Of a DNA stretch of 64,000 bases, positions 1-13,089 are shown piece by piece; position 1 is the stretch's first letter; every line of letters begins with the position of its first letter. Origin of the DNA: Octopus vulgaris (lineage: Eukaryota). Where the stretch lies: NCBI GenBank assembly GCA_951406725.2, contig OX597837.1:1798001-1862000 (forward strand). Direction: 5' to 3'. The notes beneath the pieces were generated by a model. It was not told the DNA's origin and made no database searches. It was given only the letters and a program-made list of their open reading frames with translations. The position numbers and the translations under genes are program-made.

Positions 1-216
1 AACACTTCGCAAATTTCCTGAGCTGTTTTGCCTTTGGTTTCATCGTGTAGTAAACCAAAGTTTACGTTGTGCGATGTCTCAAAGTCCTTAGTTACGGAAT
101 ATAAAAAGGCAATATAAATCATAGCACCAGATGTTAGATATGGTTGTAATATACACAAGGGGACGAACACAAAACAAGACCACAAGAATATATGGACTTG
201 TAGCTATTTTTACACG

Positions 217-261
<45 letters not shown>

Positions 262-263
<2 letters not shown>

Positions 264-312
264 CACTGATGAAGGAAGGATCCTTTTGGATTAATCCAGA
301 AATCAGTCCGAT
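262..312 (+). ncRNA. Type I hammerhead ribozyme motif (Penelope-like element associated), degenerate
   Basis: ATCA CTGATGA A-GGA-AGG-ATCC-TTTT-GGAT-TAA-TCC-A GAAA TCAG TC CGAT. Core boxes intact, GUC triplet, stem I ATC/GAT with a mismatched first pair. Begins right after a (TA)n run. Confidence 0.65.
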
Positions 313-1105
313 TCGGGGATGAAGGAATTTTAAAACTTTTCCGTTAGCTTGCTTTCCTCGTTTCAATATACTGTAATTATAGTGAAAAATATTGTGTGGT
401 TAGACGATCCAAGGTCTATTTTCAGCATATTGGCATAGATTTGTTTCTTTTGCCATTATTTGTATTATATATACATACTGTAATGACAGCTGGTCTTTCT
501 TAAGAATATTTTTTTATTTTTCTGGAAAAAAAAAGATAAAACGTTTTACTTTCATCTTATTCGGTTTTGAACCATGGTCAGGATGTTTTACAGTTCCTTA
601 TTTGTGCACAACTTAACCCCTGGCCTACTGGGTCCTCTTTTAAGGTCTGAAATAAGAGGAATAATGAAAATACGTTTAAATATCCTATTTTTAAATTGAT
701 TTCAGATGCTGCATTGATGGTTGTTTGGGTAAATGGCCTGTAAGTAATCATGATAGATGGGTAGAGGTTTCAACTAGTCCTATGAATTTATATAGACATA
801 AAAAAGTAAAAGACGTACAATTTCCATTTCCACTATGCTTAGTATTGAACCATGGACAGAATCTTCCATCTAAGCTGTTCTTCTGCCTCACCATTCCATT
901 AAACCACAAATTTATTGGGTCCCCCACTTCTAGATTCAGTGAGAAATGAGATATTTAAATCTATCACAGCATCAGACCTTTTATGTGAATAGATTCAAAT
1001 ATCACTCTTTTAAGCTTGTCTTTGTTGCTGCTGAGAGGACCCCCCCCCTGGATAAAGGCGTTGATAATTAACACCAATAACACGCACGCACACGCATACA
1101 CAAAT

Positions 1106-1437
1106 TCTATCTTTTAATTCTTTCAATTATCAGACTGCAGCTATCGTGGGGCAGCATCCTGAAGAATTTTCAGTCAGATGAATCAAGCCAAGTACTTCCT
1201 CTTTTAAGCCTGGTACTCATTCTATCGGTCTCTTTTGCTGAAATGCTATGTTACGGAGACATAACCACACTAACATTGGTTGCCAAGCGATGGTGGTGGG
1301 ACAAACACAAAGACACAGACACACACATAAACACACACACACACACACACACACAATTTCCGTCTACCAAATCCACTCACAAAGTCTAGGGTAAAGCAAG
1401 TTGTACAAGGTATCACGCAGTGGAACTGAACCTGGAT
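1106..1437 (-). mobile_element. tRNA-derived SINE family 2
   Basis: Reverse complement of the family containing TTTCCGTCTACCAAATCCACTCACAA, an internal (CA)n tract and the ATTCTATCGGTCTCTTTTGC tail. Confidence 0.8.
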
Positions 1438-1536
1438 CCATATATACACATGTATATACACTTACATACATATATGTGTTTGTGTATGTGTGTATGTATA
1501 TATATAAATATATATATGTATGTGTGTGTAAGCATG

Positions 1537-1567
<31 letters not shown>

Positions 1568-1690
1568 ACGTGTGTATATGTGTATGTATGTCTATATATA
1601 TAAATATATATATATGTGTATATATATGTATATATATATATATATATAAATATATGTGTGTGTACATAAATTTGTATGTATGTATCTCTT

Positions 1691-1747
<57 letters not shown>

Positions 1748-1751
<4 letters not shown>

Positions 1752-2633
1752 CAACAATTGAGGGTAAAATTAATTAATTATTAATCAATTTCACCAAGTA
1801 TTCAGTATGTAAAGGGACCATTTAAGGCAAATTCAAATTATTACATTATATAAAAGGGCTTAGTAAAATAAATTACTTTGCCACATACTGAACTCATTAG
1901 AAATAGTAGCTAAAAAAACTTTTTTTAAAACTATTTCTAATACTTAAAGAAAATCTCTCTCATATAGTGTTTGCTCAATTCAACTCACGAAAGTATGGGG
2001 GTAAAGACATTAAAAAATCAAATGCAAAGGTTATTTGAGAACGTACGTTTCAAGATTAGTCAACTCGACATTTCTATCATCAGCTCAGAACTCCTTGGTT
2101 TGGATTTGAAAACACTGAAAGTGGGAGCATACCCTTTCGGCTTCTTATCGCTTCTGAAGATCTGCTCGAAACTAACAGTGCCAGCAAACCCAAAATATGC
2201 AAGCGAAGAATTTCTGCTCTCCCCTTTCCACCAGCGTGGGTTAAAATCAGTAAACACTATGCTTTTTCGGTAAAATCCGAAGCATTAAATAGAGAGAGAT
2301 GAATTATAATTTCAACAATTGAGGGTAAAATTAATTAATTATTAATCAATTTCACCAAGTATTCAGTATGTAAAGGGACCATTTAAGGCAAATTCAAATT
2401 ATTACATTATATAAAAGGGCTTAGTAAAATAAATTACTTTGATAATAACTCAAATAACCTTTGCATTTGATTTTTTAATGTCTTTACCCCCATACTTTCG
2501 TGAGTTGAATTGAGCAAACACTATATGAGAGAGATTTTCTTTAAGTATTAGAAATAGTTGTAAAAAACTTTTTTAGCTACTATTTCTAATGAGTTCAGTA
2601 TGTGGCAAAGTAATTTATTTTACTAAGCCCTTT

Positions 2634-2641
<8 letters not shown>
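1748..2641 (-). mobile_element. Hammerhead-containing non-autonomous retroelement (Penelope pLTR or retrozyme-like) with direct and inverted repeats, inserted in (TA)n
   Basis: 133-bp direct repeat 1748-1880 = 2309-2441 (period 561). Segment 2449-2641 is the near-perfect reverse complement of 1845-2039. (TA)n on both flanks. Hammerhead at 2036-2087. Confidence 0.8.
2036..2087 (-). ncRNA. Type I minimal hammerhead ribozyme, core intact
   Basis: Minus strand TGAG CTGATGA T-AGA-AAT-GTCG-AGT-TGAC-TAA-TCT-T GAA ACGTACGT T|CTCA. Palindromic stem III ACGTACGT, GUU triplet, 4-bp stem I. Predicted cut between 2040 and 2039. Confidence 0.82.
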
Positions 2642-2671
<30 letters not shown>

Positions 2672-3485
2672 AACCTTAAAAACATTCGGACACATAGACG
2701 ATACAAAGACCGACAAGAGAAACAACAATTAGAAGGACAGGAAAAGAAGACGGGTCATTCGTGACCTTCTTTCTTCAGTCAAGTACCAGACGTCACGTCC
2801 ATTTCGAGCCGTTACACTTGAGTCTAAGTTATGAGCATTAAAGCCCTTTATAAGGAAGCTAGCGAATGTGTACGACAACAAAGACAAAAAACGGAGAACA
2901 TGGTACACAATTACGAATACAAACAGCAAGGAATAACAACAGGTGTCTTTCAACTGAGAACGAATCAAAATGAGTTGGCGTGTATGAAGAGAAGGCCTAA
3001 AGGCAGGAACATAGGAGATGGACACAAGAGGTGTTGGCGGTCGGTGGTCAGGCTAAGAAAGAAAGATCATGGCTGGCCGGACACCGGGCACGTGGAAGGA
3101 GGAGAGATGGGTAGGGGAAAGCGGGATTCAAGGATCAGAAAAAAAATCAGAGACAAAGAGAAAGGTACAGGGGAGATAAACGAGTGGGAAATGGGAGTTA
3201 AAGAGAGAGCCAAGAAATGCGAGAGAGGTGGTACGAGAAAAAGAAAAAGGGAAGAAAGTGAAGAGAGACATACATATATATATATATATATATATAGTGG
3301 TTATTGTATTGGGTCTGCTGGCACACCCAAGGCCAACAAATTTCAAGAGGTATATAACCAATGTTTTCCATTAATATAATATATATTGTGATTAATATTT
3401 ATAATGAATTTGCCATTTCCGATGAGTGTGCAGCGTACACCTAACACACCAGTAATATAAGACCCTCATATATTTATATACGTAC

Positions 3486-3527
<42 letters not shown>

Positions 3528-3863
3528 GTATGCACACTACCAGTTTAAATTGCCTGTCTAAGCTCCACATGCTATTGGTCAAAATACCACCGCCATATAT
3601 ATATACATATCTTATATTACACATTGCATCATAAACTACAGTTTCAGGATTTGGTTAATAATAGTTTACAGGCTGATTGTTATATTTACCGACAATGTTT
3701 AAATATATTTACAATACCAAACGGCCATCCTTTGCTTTCAACATAGCCTTTAATAGTTTCTCAACTAATGTACATGACGTATTTTGTTTAAATAATGGGT
3801 TTATGACCCACCCTATGTGTGTGTCTGTGTGGACATACGAGTCTGTATGTGTGTGTATAAACA

Positions 3864-4014
<151 letters not shown>

Positions 4015-4396
4015 GTGCATGTACGTATCATTGTTTCACTCTGTGAATGGTAGCAAATCGGAAAGCAAACTGGTTAATATTATAAAGAAATATGAAATAA
4101 ACTGAAATAATAGGGAAATATTCGAAACAGCTTGAAAAAATATATGTTAATATTACTGGGTGTTTATTTGAGTGCACACATACACACCCAGATTTAACGT
4201 GGTCGACCGAGAGAGCGGAAATTGATAATACGGTGTTGACAAGAAGTTTAAAATAATATAACGAACGGTATTGCTAAGTAGAGGGAAGCGAAAACAAATT
4301 AGGCCTAACTGCATCATTATACATACATACATACATACATATATGCATAAATATATAAGCGTCTGTATGTGTGTGCATTTGTATGTATATACACAT

Positions 4397-4432
<36 letters not shown>

Positions 4433-4447
4433 AGCACATACATATAA

Positions 4448-4478
<31 letters not shown>

Positions 4479-4535
4479 CATATACACACGCACACATATA
4501 TATATATATATATGTGTAGGTACATACACACACAC

Positions 4536-4581
<46 letters not shown>

Positions 4582-4935
4582 TTTTATATTTACAGTAAAC
4601 TATTGTATCTTATTTTTCTATGCACACGTATGTATATACATACCGATATACATATATAGGTGTGTATAATAACACAAATGCATAGAAGTGTACATATTTA
4701 CATAAACACTTAATGTGCGTGTGTACTTATCCACGTAAACACTATATATGAGTATATATACACACATATATGTATAAACATATATGTATACATTTATATA
4801 TATACAAGCACATATATGCCTAAATATACAGTCATATACGTTTGTGTCTGTATATAGGCATATGTGTACCCACACACACTTACGCACAAATGTGTGTGTG
4901 TATATATATATATATATAAGCATATTTGTATACTG

Positions 4936-4966
<31 letters not shown>

Positions 4967-5375
4967 GCGTGTGTGTGTGTGTGTATGAGCACAGAGAATA
5001 CAAACGCGTGCATACACACACTGGCAGATATATATATAATTGACTGGAAATGCTAGCTATTAAGAAACGAAGATGGTGGGGGTAGTTTGACAGTTGACGG
5101 GAAGTTGTAGAAATTGGAATATAATAACATTTAACGAAACGAAATACGTAAAAACGAGAAAGTATTATTGAAGTCACCATAATTATATTTGACAGTCTCG
5201 TTAAAATCGAAAAAAGAAAAGGAAACGCAAAAAATCCGTACGAGATTTTGCGTTCCATACGAGAACCGGCATAGACTTCAATTAGTTGTCTTTTTTTATT
5301 ATATTCCTGGATGGATTTACGTATTGATTGCATTCTTTAGCATTCTTTAACATTGCCTTCGTTATTTTTATCATT

Positions 5376-5434
<59 letters not shown>

Positions 5435-6006
5435 GTTTATTGTTTGCGTTATAATTTATTATTATTAATTCCATTATTGTAATAATAAATTATCAGTATT
5501 GTGACTAGTATTATTATTTTCATGATTGTCATTATTTTATTTTCTCCCAGAATAATTTTCGTGCGTGTCTGACATAATTGTATGTTTCTCGTGCATGCAT
5601 ACAGTACCCTCAAATACATAAACATTCACATATATTTTTTCATACATACATATACACACACACATATATATATATATATACATATATATATGGGTGTGTG
5701 TGTGTGTATGTATGTATAAACTATATATTTACATACGCGCATATACATAACAGACATATATGTGGGTTTCCATACGTATAGATATGTTCGTTGGAGAAAG
5801 AGATATAGTGAATAGGAATCTCGAATGAACACCACCACGCCCCGTATCTGTCTCTTTTTGCTGAAAAATTTAATCTTTTACAATAACAAAGGTGCCTCAT
5901 TTATTGAGCGAAGAAAGAAAACTGTTTTGTTTTGTTGGTGGGTTTTTGGGGCAATAAATCGAATGAAAGAGAAAAAAGAAAACAAAATTAACCTGACAGG
6001 AGTTCA

Positions 6007-6051
<45 letters not shown>

Positions 6052-6299
6052 AAATAAACACACACACGCACAAATAAACATACACACACATACATATATA
6101 TACCCATTTACTATTATTCAAGTGCATACGCACGCCTATACAACGTACATTGTGTGCATGCGCGCACACACATATATATATTTTAACATATGTACATATA
6201 TATATATATAAATTTTATTGGTACATATTTAAATGTGTATAGATATGTGTATATTCATGCATACATATGTGTAGGCACAGATGGATAGATAGATAGACG

Positions 6300-6392
<93 letters not shown>

Positions 6393-6580
6393 GTACATGT
6401 ATCTGTGTATACATATATATATAAACACACAAACATACTCGCTTCTATCGATCTCTCTGATATGTATTGCACACACACACACACATATATATATATACAC
6501 TCAGATTTCATGTTCGTCAAGGATTCCTTTACTACTCCTGTGAGCACACAGACTTTTCAAACAAGTTATGGTTGTCACAA

Positions 6581-6628
6581 CTTGACTGAAGATCCTATGC
6601 ACCCACAGATGAAATTCAGAGTAGCAAG
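6581..6628 (+). ncRNA. Type I hammerhead ribozyme motif, degenerate
   Basis: CTTGA CTGAAGA TCCT ATGCACCCAC AGAT GAAA TTCAGAGT A GCAAG. Core intact, quasi-palindromic stem III, GUA triplet, stem I CTTG/CAAG with a first-pair mismatch, weakened stem II. Confidence 0.6.
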
Positions 6629-8276
6629 CTTACTCAACCCAAATAAAACATTATTGATCGCTATCATGGCATTGAGTAGTATTGTTTTTGCTGACCACGT
6701 TCGTGGTTATATATATTACTTTTATTTGTTGGTTAACAAGTTTACCAATGGTTTCATGTGAGGCGAACTTCACAATTGTCGAAGTGTGACACATTGAGAT
6801 GTTGGCACTTGTTTCCACTTAGATGAAAAAGTTGTGTGTGTGTGCGTATACATATACATATGTGTATGTGTGTGAATGAAAATGATTAGCGATAATTATG
6901 CTACGAATATTTCACTAGCAAATAGATAACCATGCTATAGAAACATTTGTAACACAATATCTCTATTCACATATATTTTACACCAGCCACGATAAATGTG
7001 TTGCATATTGTTGATATTCAGGTTGGTTAATATCATAAATTAATCAGCTAATATTGTATTAATTATGTTACTAGCTTGATAGATATTTTGTATTATTGGT
7101 ATTCCGCTGAGTACTCATTAGCACTCCTGCATGTATTTGGCCAAGTACCGGGATCATACATATAAATATATATAATCTGATTATAACCTTGTAGTGTGCT
7201 TTTCAAAGCTCTACTCCGGGTATCGGCTACCAAATTTTATCATACAGTAGGACTTCTGTTACGGTATGCACATGTGGAAATCCGCGAATAACCGTAGAGT
7301 ATAAGCAAAATTTGAATATGAGGAGATGGACTGAACGTGCGATTTTACAATTCATTACAACTGTTTCAACGCTGAACGATATGTATATCATAGGCAACAT
7401 TGTATAAATATGATTCAACAATAGTTGTGTACATGCATATCGTTAAATGACCAGTCAAAGCACTGAAGAAATTAACGATGATACAGCACCGTTGAAGATT
7501 AGCTTAGCAACACAGTGTTTCTAGGCAAGAATTTTTATCAGAAAATTTTGAGGAATTTACTTCTAAAACTAGCAGAGACTTGCCGACATCTGTAAAGTTT
7601 TTCTAGTTTTTATACAGAAACAAATATCACAATTCACACGTAAAAACACATATATGCGAGCATAGAGAAAGAGAAAGAATGCATTTACAAACTCACACAA
7701 ATATACATTCAGGCAACACACAGTCATTTCGTTTCTTGCATATAAGGAGTGACTGTCGAAACAAAGAAAAGAAATGGTCGTAAGAGGAAGAAGTCGCAGA
7801 GAAAATGCTTGCAAGAGTGAAAGTTAAAGAAAACAAGGAACAAGGGAGAGAGAGAGAGCGCGCGCGAGAGAGAGAGAGCGAGAGAGCGGAAGAGTGACAT
7901 GAGAGAGAAAATGAAAATTGGTAAGTAGGATAGGAAAATGAAAAAAAGGAAAAGGTTCCAGCGTTTGTAATTTGCCTGGTTGTAAAATTTTGATGGAAAT
8001 TCTCAACATAAAATTAGATACATCAAGGATTACAGGATTACATTTTATTTATATATACCCACATATACATGTGTGTGTGTTTGTGAGTGTGTGTTGCGTA
8101 AAAATGCATGAAGCACTGGAGCTTTAAGAAATTATATTTTGAGGACATCATAAAACGGAAAGAGATACAAGTTTGTCAAACATTCATAAACATACACATA
8201 AAACATACATATATCGATGTGGGTGTGTGTGTACATCATATCTACGTATGTATTTAAAGTGTGCATACATATATAT

Positions 8277-8359
<83 letters not shown>

Positions 8360-8386
8360 TACATATATATATATATACATATATAC

Positions 8387-8463
<77 letters not shown>

Positions 8464-8543
8464 CACGCGTAGATTATGTATGTGCATATATGTGTTATGT
8501 ACAAATATCGACGCACATGAAATATTCGCATAATATGTGCATG

Positions 8544-8583
<40 letters not shown>

Positions 8584-8735
8584 TATGCACGTAATTTACG
8601 CGAATATATCAGTAGTGAGCGATTGAGTAAAATCATGCAATATACATACACGTATGTATACACACATACACACACATATAGGTATACTTATATATACATG
8701 CAATATAAATACACATACGCACATATACATTTATT

Positions 8736-8808
<73 letters not shown>

Positions 8809-9244
8809 TATAAAACGAAGATTGTAAGTAACGAACCTCAAAAAACGTGTTAAAAAAATTATTTAAGAATATAGGTTTTTTTTTTCTTTCCTCATTCTTC
8901 ATATTGGGAATAATTTTAAAACTCTAAATGACATATATAAAATATAATTTTTCACATGAAAACTAAACCGAAGCTAATTTTAAAATGGAAGATGACAGAT
9001 AAAATCACTATCGATATAAGAAATACAATCTTGTAGAAACGCCTTTTTCCTTTTAATAAGTTTTGTTTTAAATATCGTTTTCTAGTAATCTTATCATCAC
9101 TAATATTTTCATTATTTTTATTATTTAGATTATTGTTATTATTATTATGTTCATTTTGACCTTATTCTTTTTAGCCTTCGCAATAAAAATATTTCGTTCA
9201 ATTTTCTTAAATACATATATGTATATTACATTTTTTACACACAC

Positions 9245-9317
<73 letters not shown>

Positions 9318-9939
9318 CATATACATAAACATACACACGTACGAACACGGAATTTTACATATATCTATCAATCAATTTGTGGATATATACACTTTTGGGA
9401 ATGTACGTAAGTTATATATATTTAAATATTATTCTCCATTCAAGGAAAATTTGATTTAAATAGTAACTTCGCATATAATTTCATCATCTTTAATAGTCTT
9501 TTTTTAAACATTTTAATATCATTTTTGTTGACTGGAATGCGGAGCGAGGAGTAGTTATTACTATTTCATGTTGTTGCTATTGTTGTTGTGATAGTGGTTG
9601 CTGTATTTTAAATAGGACTTCTGTCATTTATGAACAAAATTGATGGCGCCCACTTCATGTTGATTTAACACAACACATTTATTACTTTACCACAGCCTCA
9701 GTTATAATGAACCGTGTTACCAGGTCCTCATATATTAGGGCTTCGGCATGACATATGGAGGGTTTGAACAATAGATATAGATTTGTATAATAAGCATTCT
9801 ATACGCCGAGAGCCTCTGTGAGATCGTGCGACGAAAGATTTTGTGTCTAAAATAATGTTGTTGTCCTAGAAATGTGGTACCTTTTCAAGAAAACACGAGA
9901 CGTTTAAGGCATAGTTCTGTTTCCTTATAGGGAGGTGAA

Positions 9940-10138
9940 AGGCGGTGAGCTAGCATGCTGGACGAAATGCTTAGCGATATTTCGCCCGTCGCTACTTTCT
10001 GAGTTCAAATCCCGCCGAGGTTGACTTTGCCTTTCATCCTTTCGGGGTCGATTAATTAACTACCAAATTGCGTACTGGGATCGACGTAATCGACTGGCCC
10101 CTCCCCCAAAATTTCAGGCCTTGTGCCTATAACAGAAA
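9940..10138 (+). mobile_element. tRNA-derived SINE family 1
   Basis: GGCGGTGAGCT head, B-box-like GAGTTCAAATCCC, body GACTTTGCCTTTCATCCTTTCGGGGTCGA repeated more than 10 times in the window. Confidence 0.85.
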
Positions 10139-10409
10139 GAATTATAGAGAAGTGACATGAAGCTAAACATTCACAGTACGTAGACAAACGGTAATAATAA
10201 CGTCAACAATATCAGGAACTTAAAACAAAGAAATCGATTAGCAGGACTCGTGGAAGCACTACATTTTCTAAATGGTCCCAAGTTTGTTTCAATGCAAACA
10301 ATATTGTTTCCTTACACTGAAGGTCTGATATATATTTCTCTCCATTGTTAAAGTTGTTTAAAGCGGAACACAATAAATTAAAGAAATATCATGACAAGTA
10401 GAATAATTA

Positions 10410-10783
10410 TTCTAATTTATGACACATGACCAGTAATTTTGAGGATACACGAATATGATTACATTGACCTCAGTACATGACTGTTTCTATATTGACACCA
10501 AAAGAATGAGGGCAAAGATAACATCGGCAGAATTTGAACTTAGGACGAAATACCATTAAGCATTTTGTCCTGTATGCTGATGGTTCTACCACCTCACCGC
10601 ATTAATATTGATGATGATAATAATAATCCTTTCTATTATAATCACAGAGCCTGAAATTTTGGGGGAGATGATACTCGACCCGAAAGGATGAAAGGCAAAA
10701 TCGACCTCGGCGGAATTTGAACTTTGAACGTAGCGACAGACAAAATACCGCTAAGCATGCAGGCGGTTCTGCCAGCTCATCGC
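10410..10783 (-). mobile_element. Two degenerate SINE family 1 copies
   Basis: Reverse-complement matches such as CCGAAAGGATGAAAGGCAAAATCGACCTCGGCGGAATTTGAAC. Confidence 0.7.
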
Positions 10784-10784
10784 G

Positions 10785-10845
<61 letters not shown>

Positions 10846-10855
10846 CAACAACAAC

Positions 10856-10978
10856 AATAGCCAGAATATTCAGGAAAGTATTAGATAGCTGAAAAAACCA
10901 ATAGAATGGTACCGTGGGCTGCAGTTAGTAAGAGCGATACGCATGCAAAACTCCAGGAGCTCGAACAAAGCCTGTGAT
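10856..10978 (+). mobile_element. Short 3' end of an R4/Dong-like element next to (TAA)n/(CAA)n
   Basis: Translates ARIFRKVLDS*, resembling the R4-type C-terminus. Embedded between trinucleotide repeats. Confidence 0.45.
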
Positions 10979-10979
10979 A

Positions 10980-11034
10980 AAGAAGAAGAAGAAGAAGAAG
11001 AAGAAGAAGAAGAAGAAGAAGAAGAAGAAGAAGA
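10980..11034. repeat. (AAG)n microsatellite
   Basis: Direct inspection. Source of the poly-Lys ORF. Confidence 0.96.
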
Positions 11035-11399
11035 ATGTTACTGAAAGAAATTTAGGTGATTGGAGATATGAATCGATTATCTTAATCGCAGTTCTCCATC
11101 GAAATTTTATTTTATCGATCTGGAAGGATGATAGGCAAAGTTTTTCTGGCCGGGATTCGAACAGAAAGGGGACAAATATCTAACCCTAATACCACAAAAA
11201 GACGCCGCTAAAAAATTTCGCCATTCTCCGCAAATATGGATGAACCAACTGCATCACCACAGTCACGTGGTAGAATATGTTGTCAGACAAAAGTTTAGTC
11301 GGCTGGACTGCTATGGTAAGAAATTTGGGGAGGAAGGTGTCTACTGAATTCATGGCGAAGATCAGCGAGTGCCAACTTCTCTTAGTTGTTGCTTAGATC

Positions 11400-11760
11400 A
11401 AAAGGCGAGAAATGTTAATAAGTTTGGGAATTTCAAGCCTACGAGCTCACCAGGAAGAGCGTCATAGAAATAGGTTAATTACGTAACATTTCTGATCGCC
11501 GATAAAATAACACTTGCTGGGTTAATATATGAAGCTTCTCAGTTGGGCAAAGCCTGCAGTTTTATGAAGTTTATTGAGAATGTTCCATTTTATTCGATCG
11601 CTTTGAGATAACATATCGCTGCGATTTTAAATGAATTTCGAAAGCCACAGAGTTTTCTTTGTGTAACTTGAAATAAATGTTTGTCAATTAGCATAGCGAC
11701 GGTGTTTTGTTAATGTTCTGACGGAGTTCCGTGCACTTATTTTCAATATCATCGATGAGG
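11400..11760 (-). mobile_element. Decayed Penelope-like element, GIY-YIG C-terminal region
   Basis: Minus-strand frameshifted peptides RIKWNILNK and NCRLCPTEKLHIL at about 11525-11596 resemble the PLE C-terminal W.I...C.LC..EK..I motif. Boundaries approximate. Confidence 0.45.
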
Positions 11761-12263
11761 GTCATAAATGTTCACTGACTCGTCACTGATTTGAAGTGGG
11801 CAGGCTGGATGGAAGATGGATAGATTTTGACAACTTAAGATGTATGTATATTATACACACACACACATACACAGGCACGCACAACTGTACATACACTGGA
11901 GGCCTCTGCTAGGTTCCGTCATCGAAATTCAGCTCAAAGAACCTTGGCTAGCGGTTGGTTACAGAAGACATTCGTCTAAAATGACAGGCAATGGAACCCC
12001 GTGATTGGAAGGTGAACTTCAGCATAGGAACCCTTGCTAGCTCTTACTCACATCCTTCTCTTACATACATGCATACACACACGGATATACATATAGATAT
12101 ATTATATATATATATGTATATATTATATACATGGGGAGATAGAGAGGGAAAGAAACAGAAAGACAGACTGACAGATTTCCACAGAGTCCCTCAAAATATA
12201 TTTCACATAAATGAACATAGATACGTACGTAGAATAGATGTGTGCGCGCACACACTCACACAC

Positions 12264-12304
<41 letters not shown>

Positions 12305-13035
12305 AAAGCACATACACATGTACATATATATTTATATGAATATAAATATGTATATATACAAATACTCGTACACACATACATGGTAACAGACACGCACACA
12401 CACTCATACACGAACACAAAGTGGAACCTACACACAGAGCAACAGTAACCACTGCCACCATCGCAACCACCACCACTGCCACCCTCAGCCTCCCCGAGGG
12501 CCATGCTAGTCTATGTTGAGTGATGACCGGTCAGACTCTAAGCTGCTAGTAAATACACCGTCCGACTCTATTTGCCCATCTACTTTCTATTTGATTGATT
12601 GTACAAAGAAACCAACCACTGGAACCACTCCATTTTGATGGTTACTGATTAGTTCTTTTGCATGATTGGAATATCTGGGACCATTCTAATTCTATTGACT
12701 GTTTGGTAAGTATCCAGCGGTTTACAGCTTTTGGAGTTTGGCCGAGCCCGCAAAGCTCTCTATCTCTTTAACTGATTCTCATTCTGTTTCATCTCTCGCT
12801 TTCTCTCTCTTACTACATACAGACAAACATACATTTCATATATTTATACACATATACATACATATTCACATATACAGACACGTTTTTATCTCTAGAGAGA
12901 CGTTATATCTATAGTATTTTATTATTCTCTCATTCCGTCTCTCTATTCTCTCGTTCTCTTGTGGCGGTCTTTCCCACGTTCATGTACAGTCACATATATA
13001 CCGATACACAGAGACACACGCACACAGTTATAAGC

Positions 13036-13089
<54 letters not shown>

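Noticed and set aside
2746-2783. Minus-strand CUGAAGA...GAAU GACCC GUC hammerhead-like motif in a probable repeat (about 2670-3270)
   Set aside because: GAAU instead of GAAA, no convincing stem II, and a competing GGTCA-TTCG-TGACC hairpin.
2831-3379. 182-aa basic ORF
   Set aside because: Purine-rich low-complexity repeat sequence running through a (TA)n tract, with no recognisable domain.
3419-3452. CCGAUGA plus stem II GUGUG/CACAC
   Set aside because: The GAAA box and cleavage triplet are absent. Kept only as supporting evidence for the UAA loop architecture.
6609-6705. Signal-peptide-like MKFRVASLLNPNKTLLIAIMALSSIVFA
   Set aside because: It overlaps the hammerhead motif of a probable repeat, and no good phase-compatible donor follows.
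7458-7525. CUGAAGA...GCAACACAGUGUU possible decayed hammerhead
   Set aside because: GAAA box mutated, and stems I and II pair poorly.
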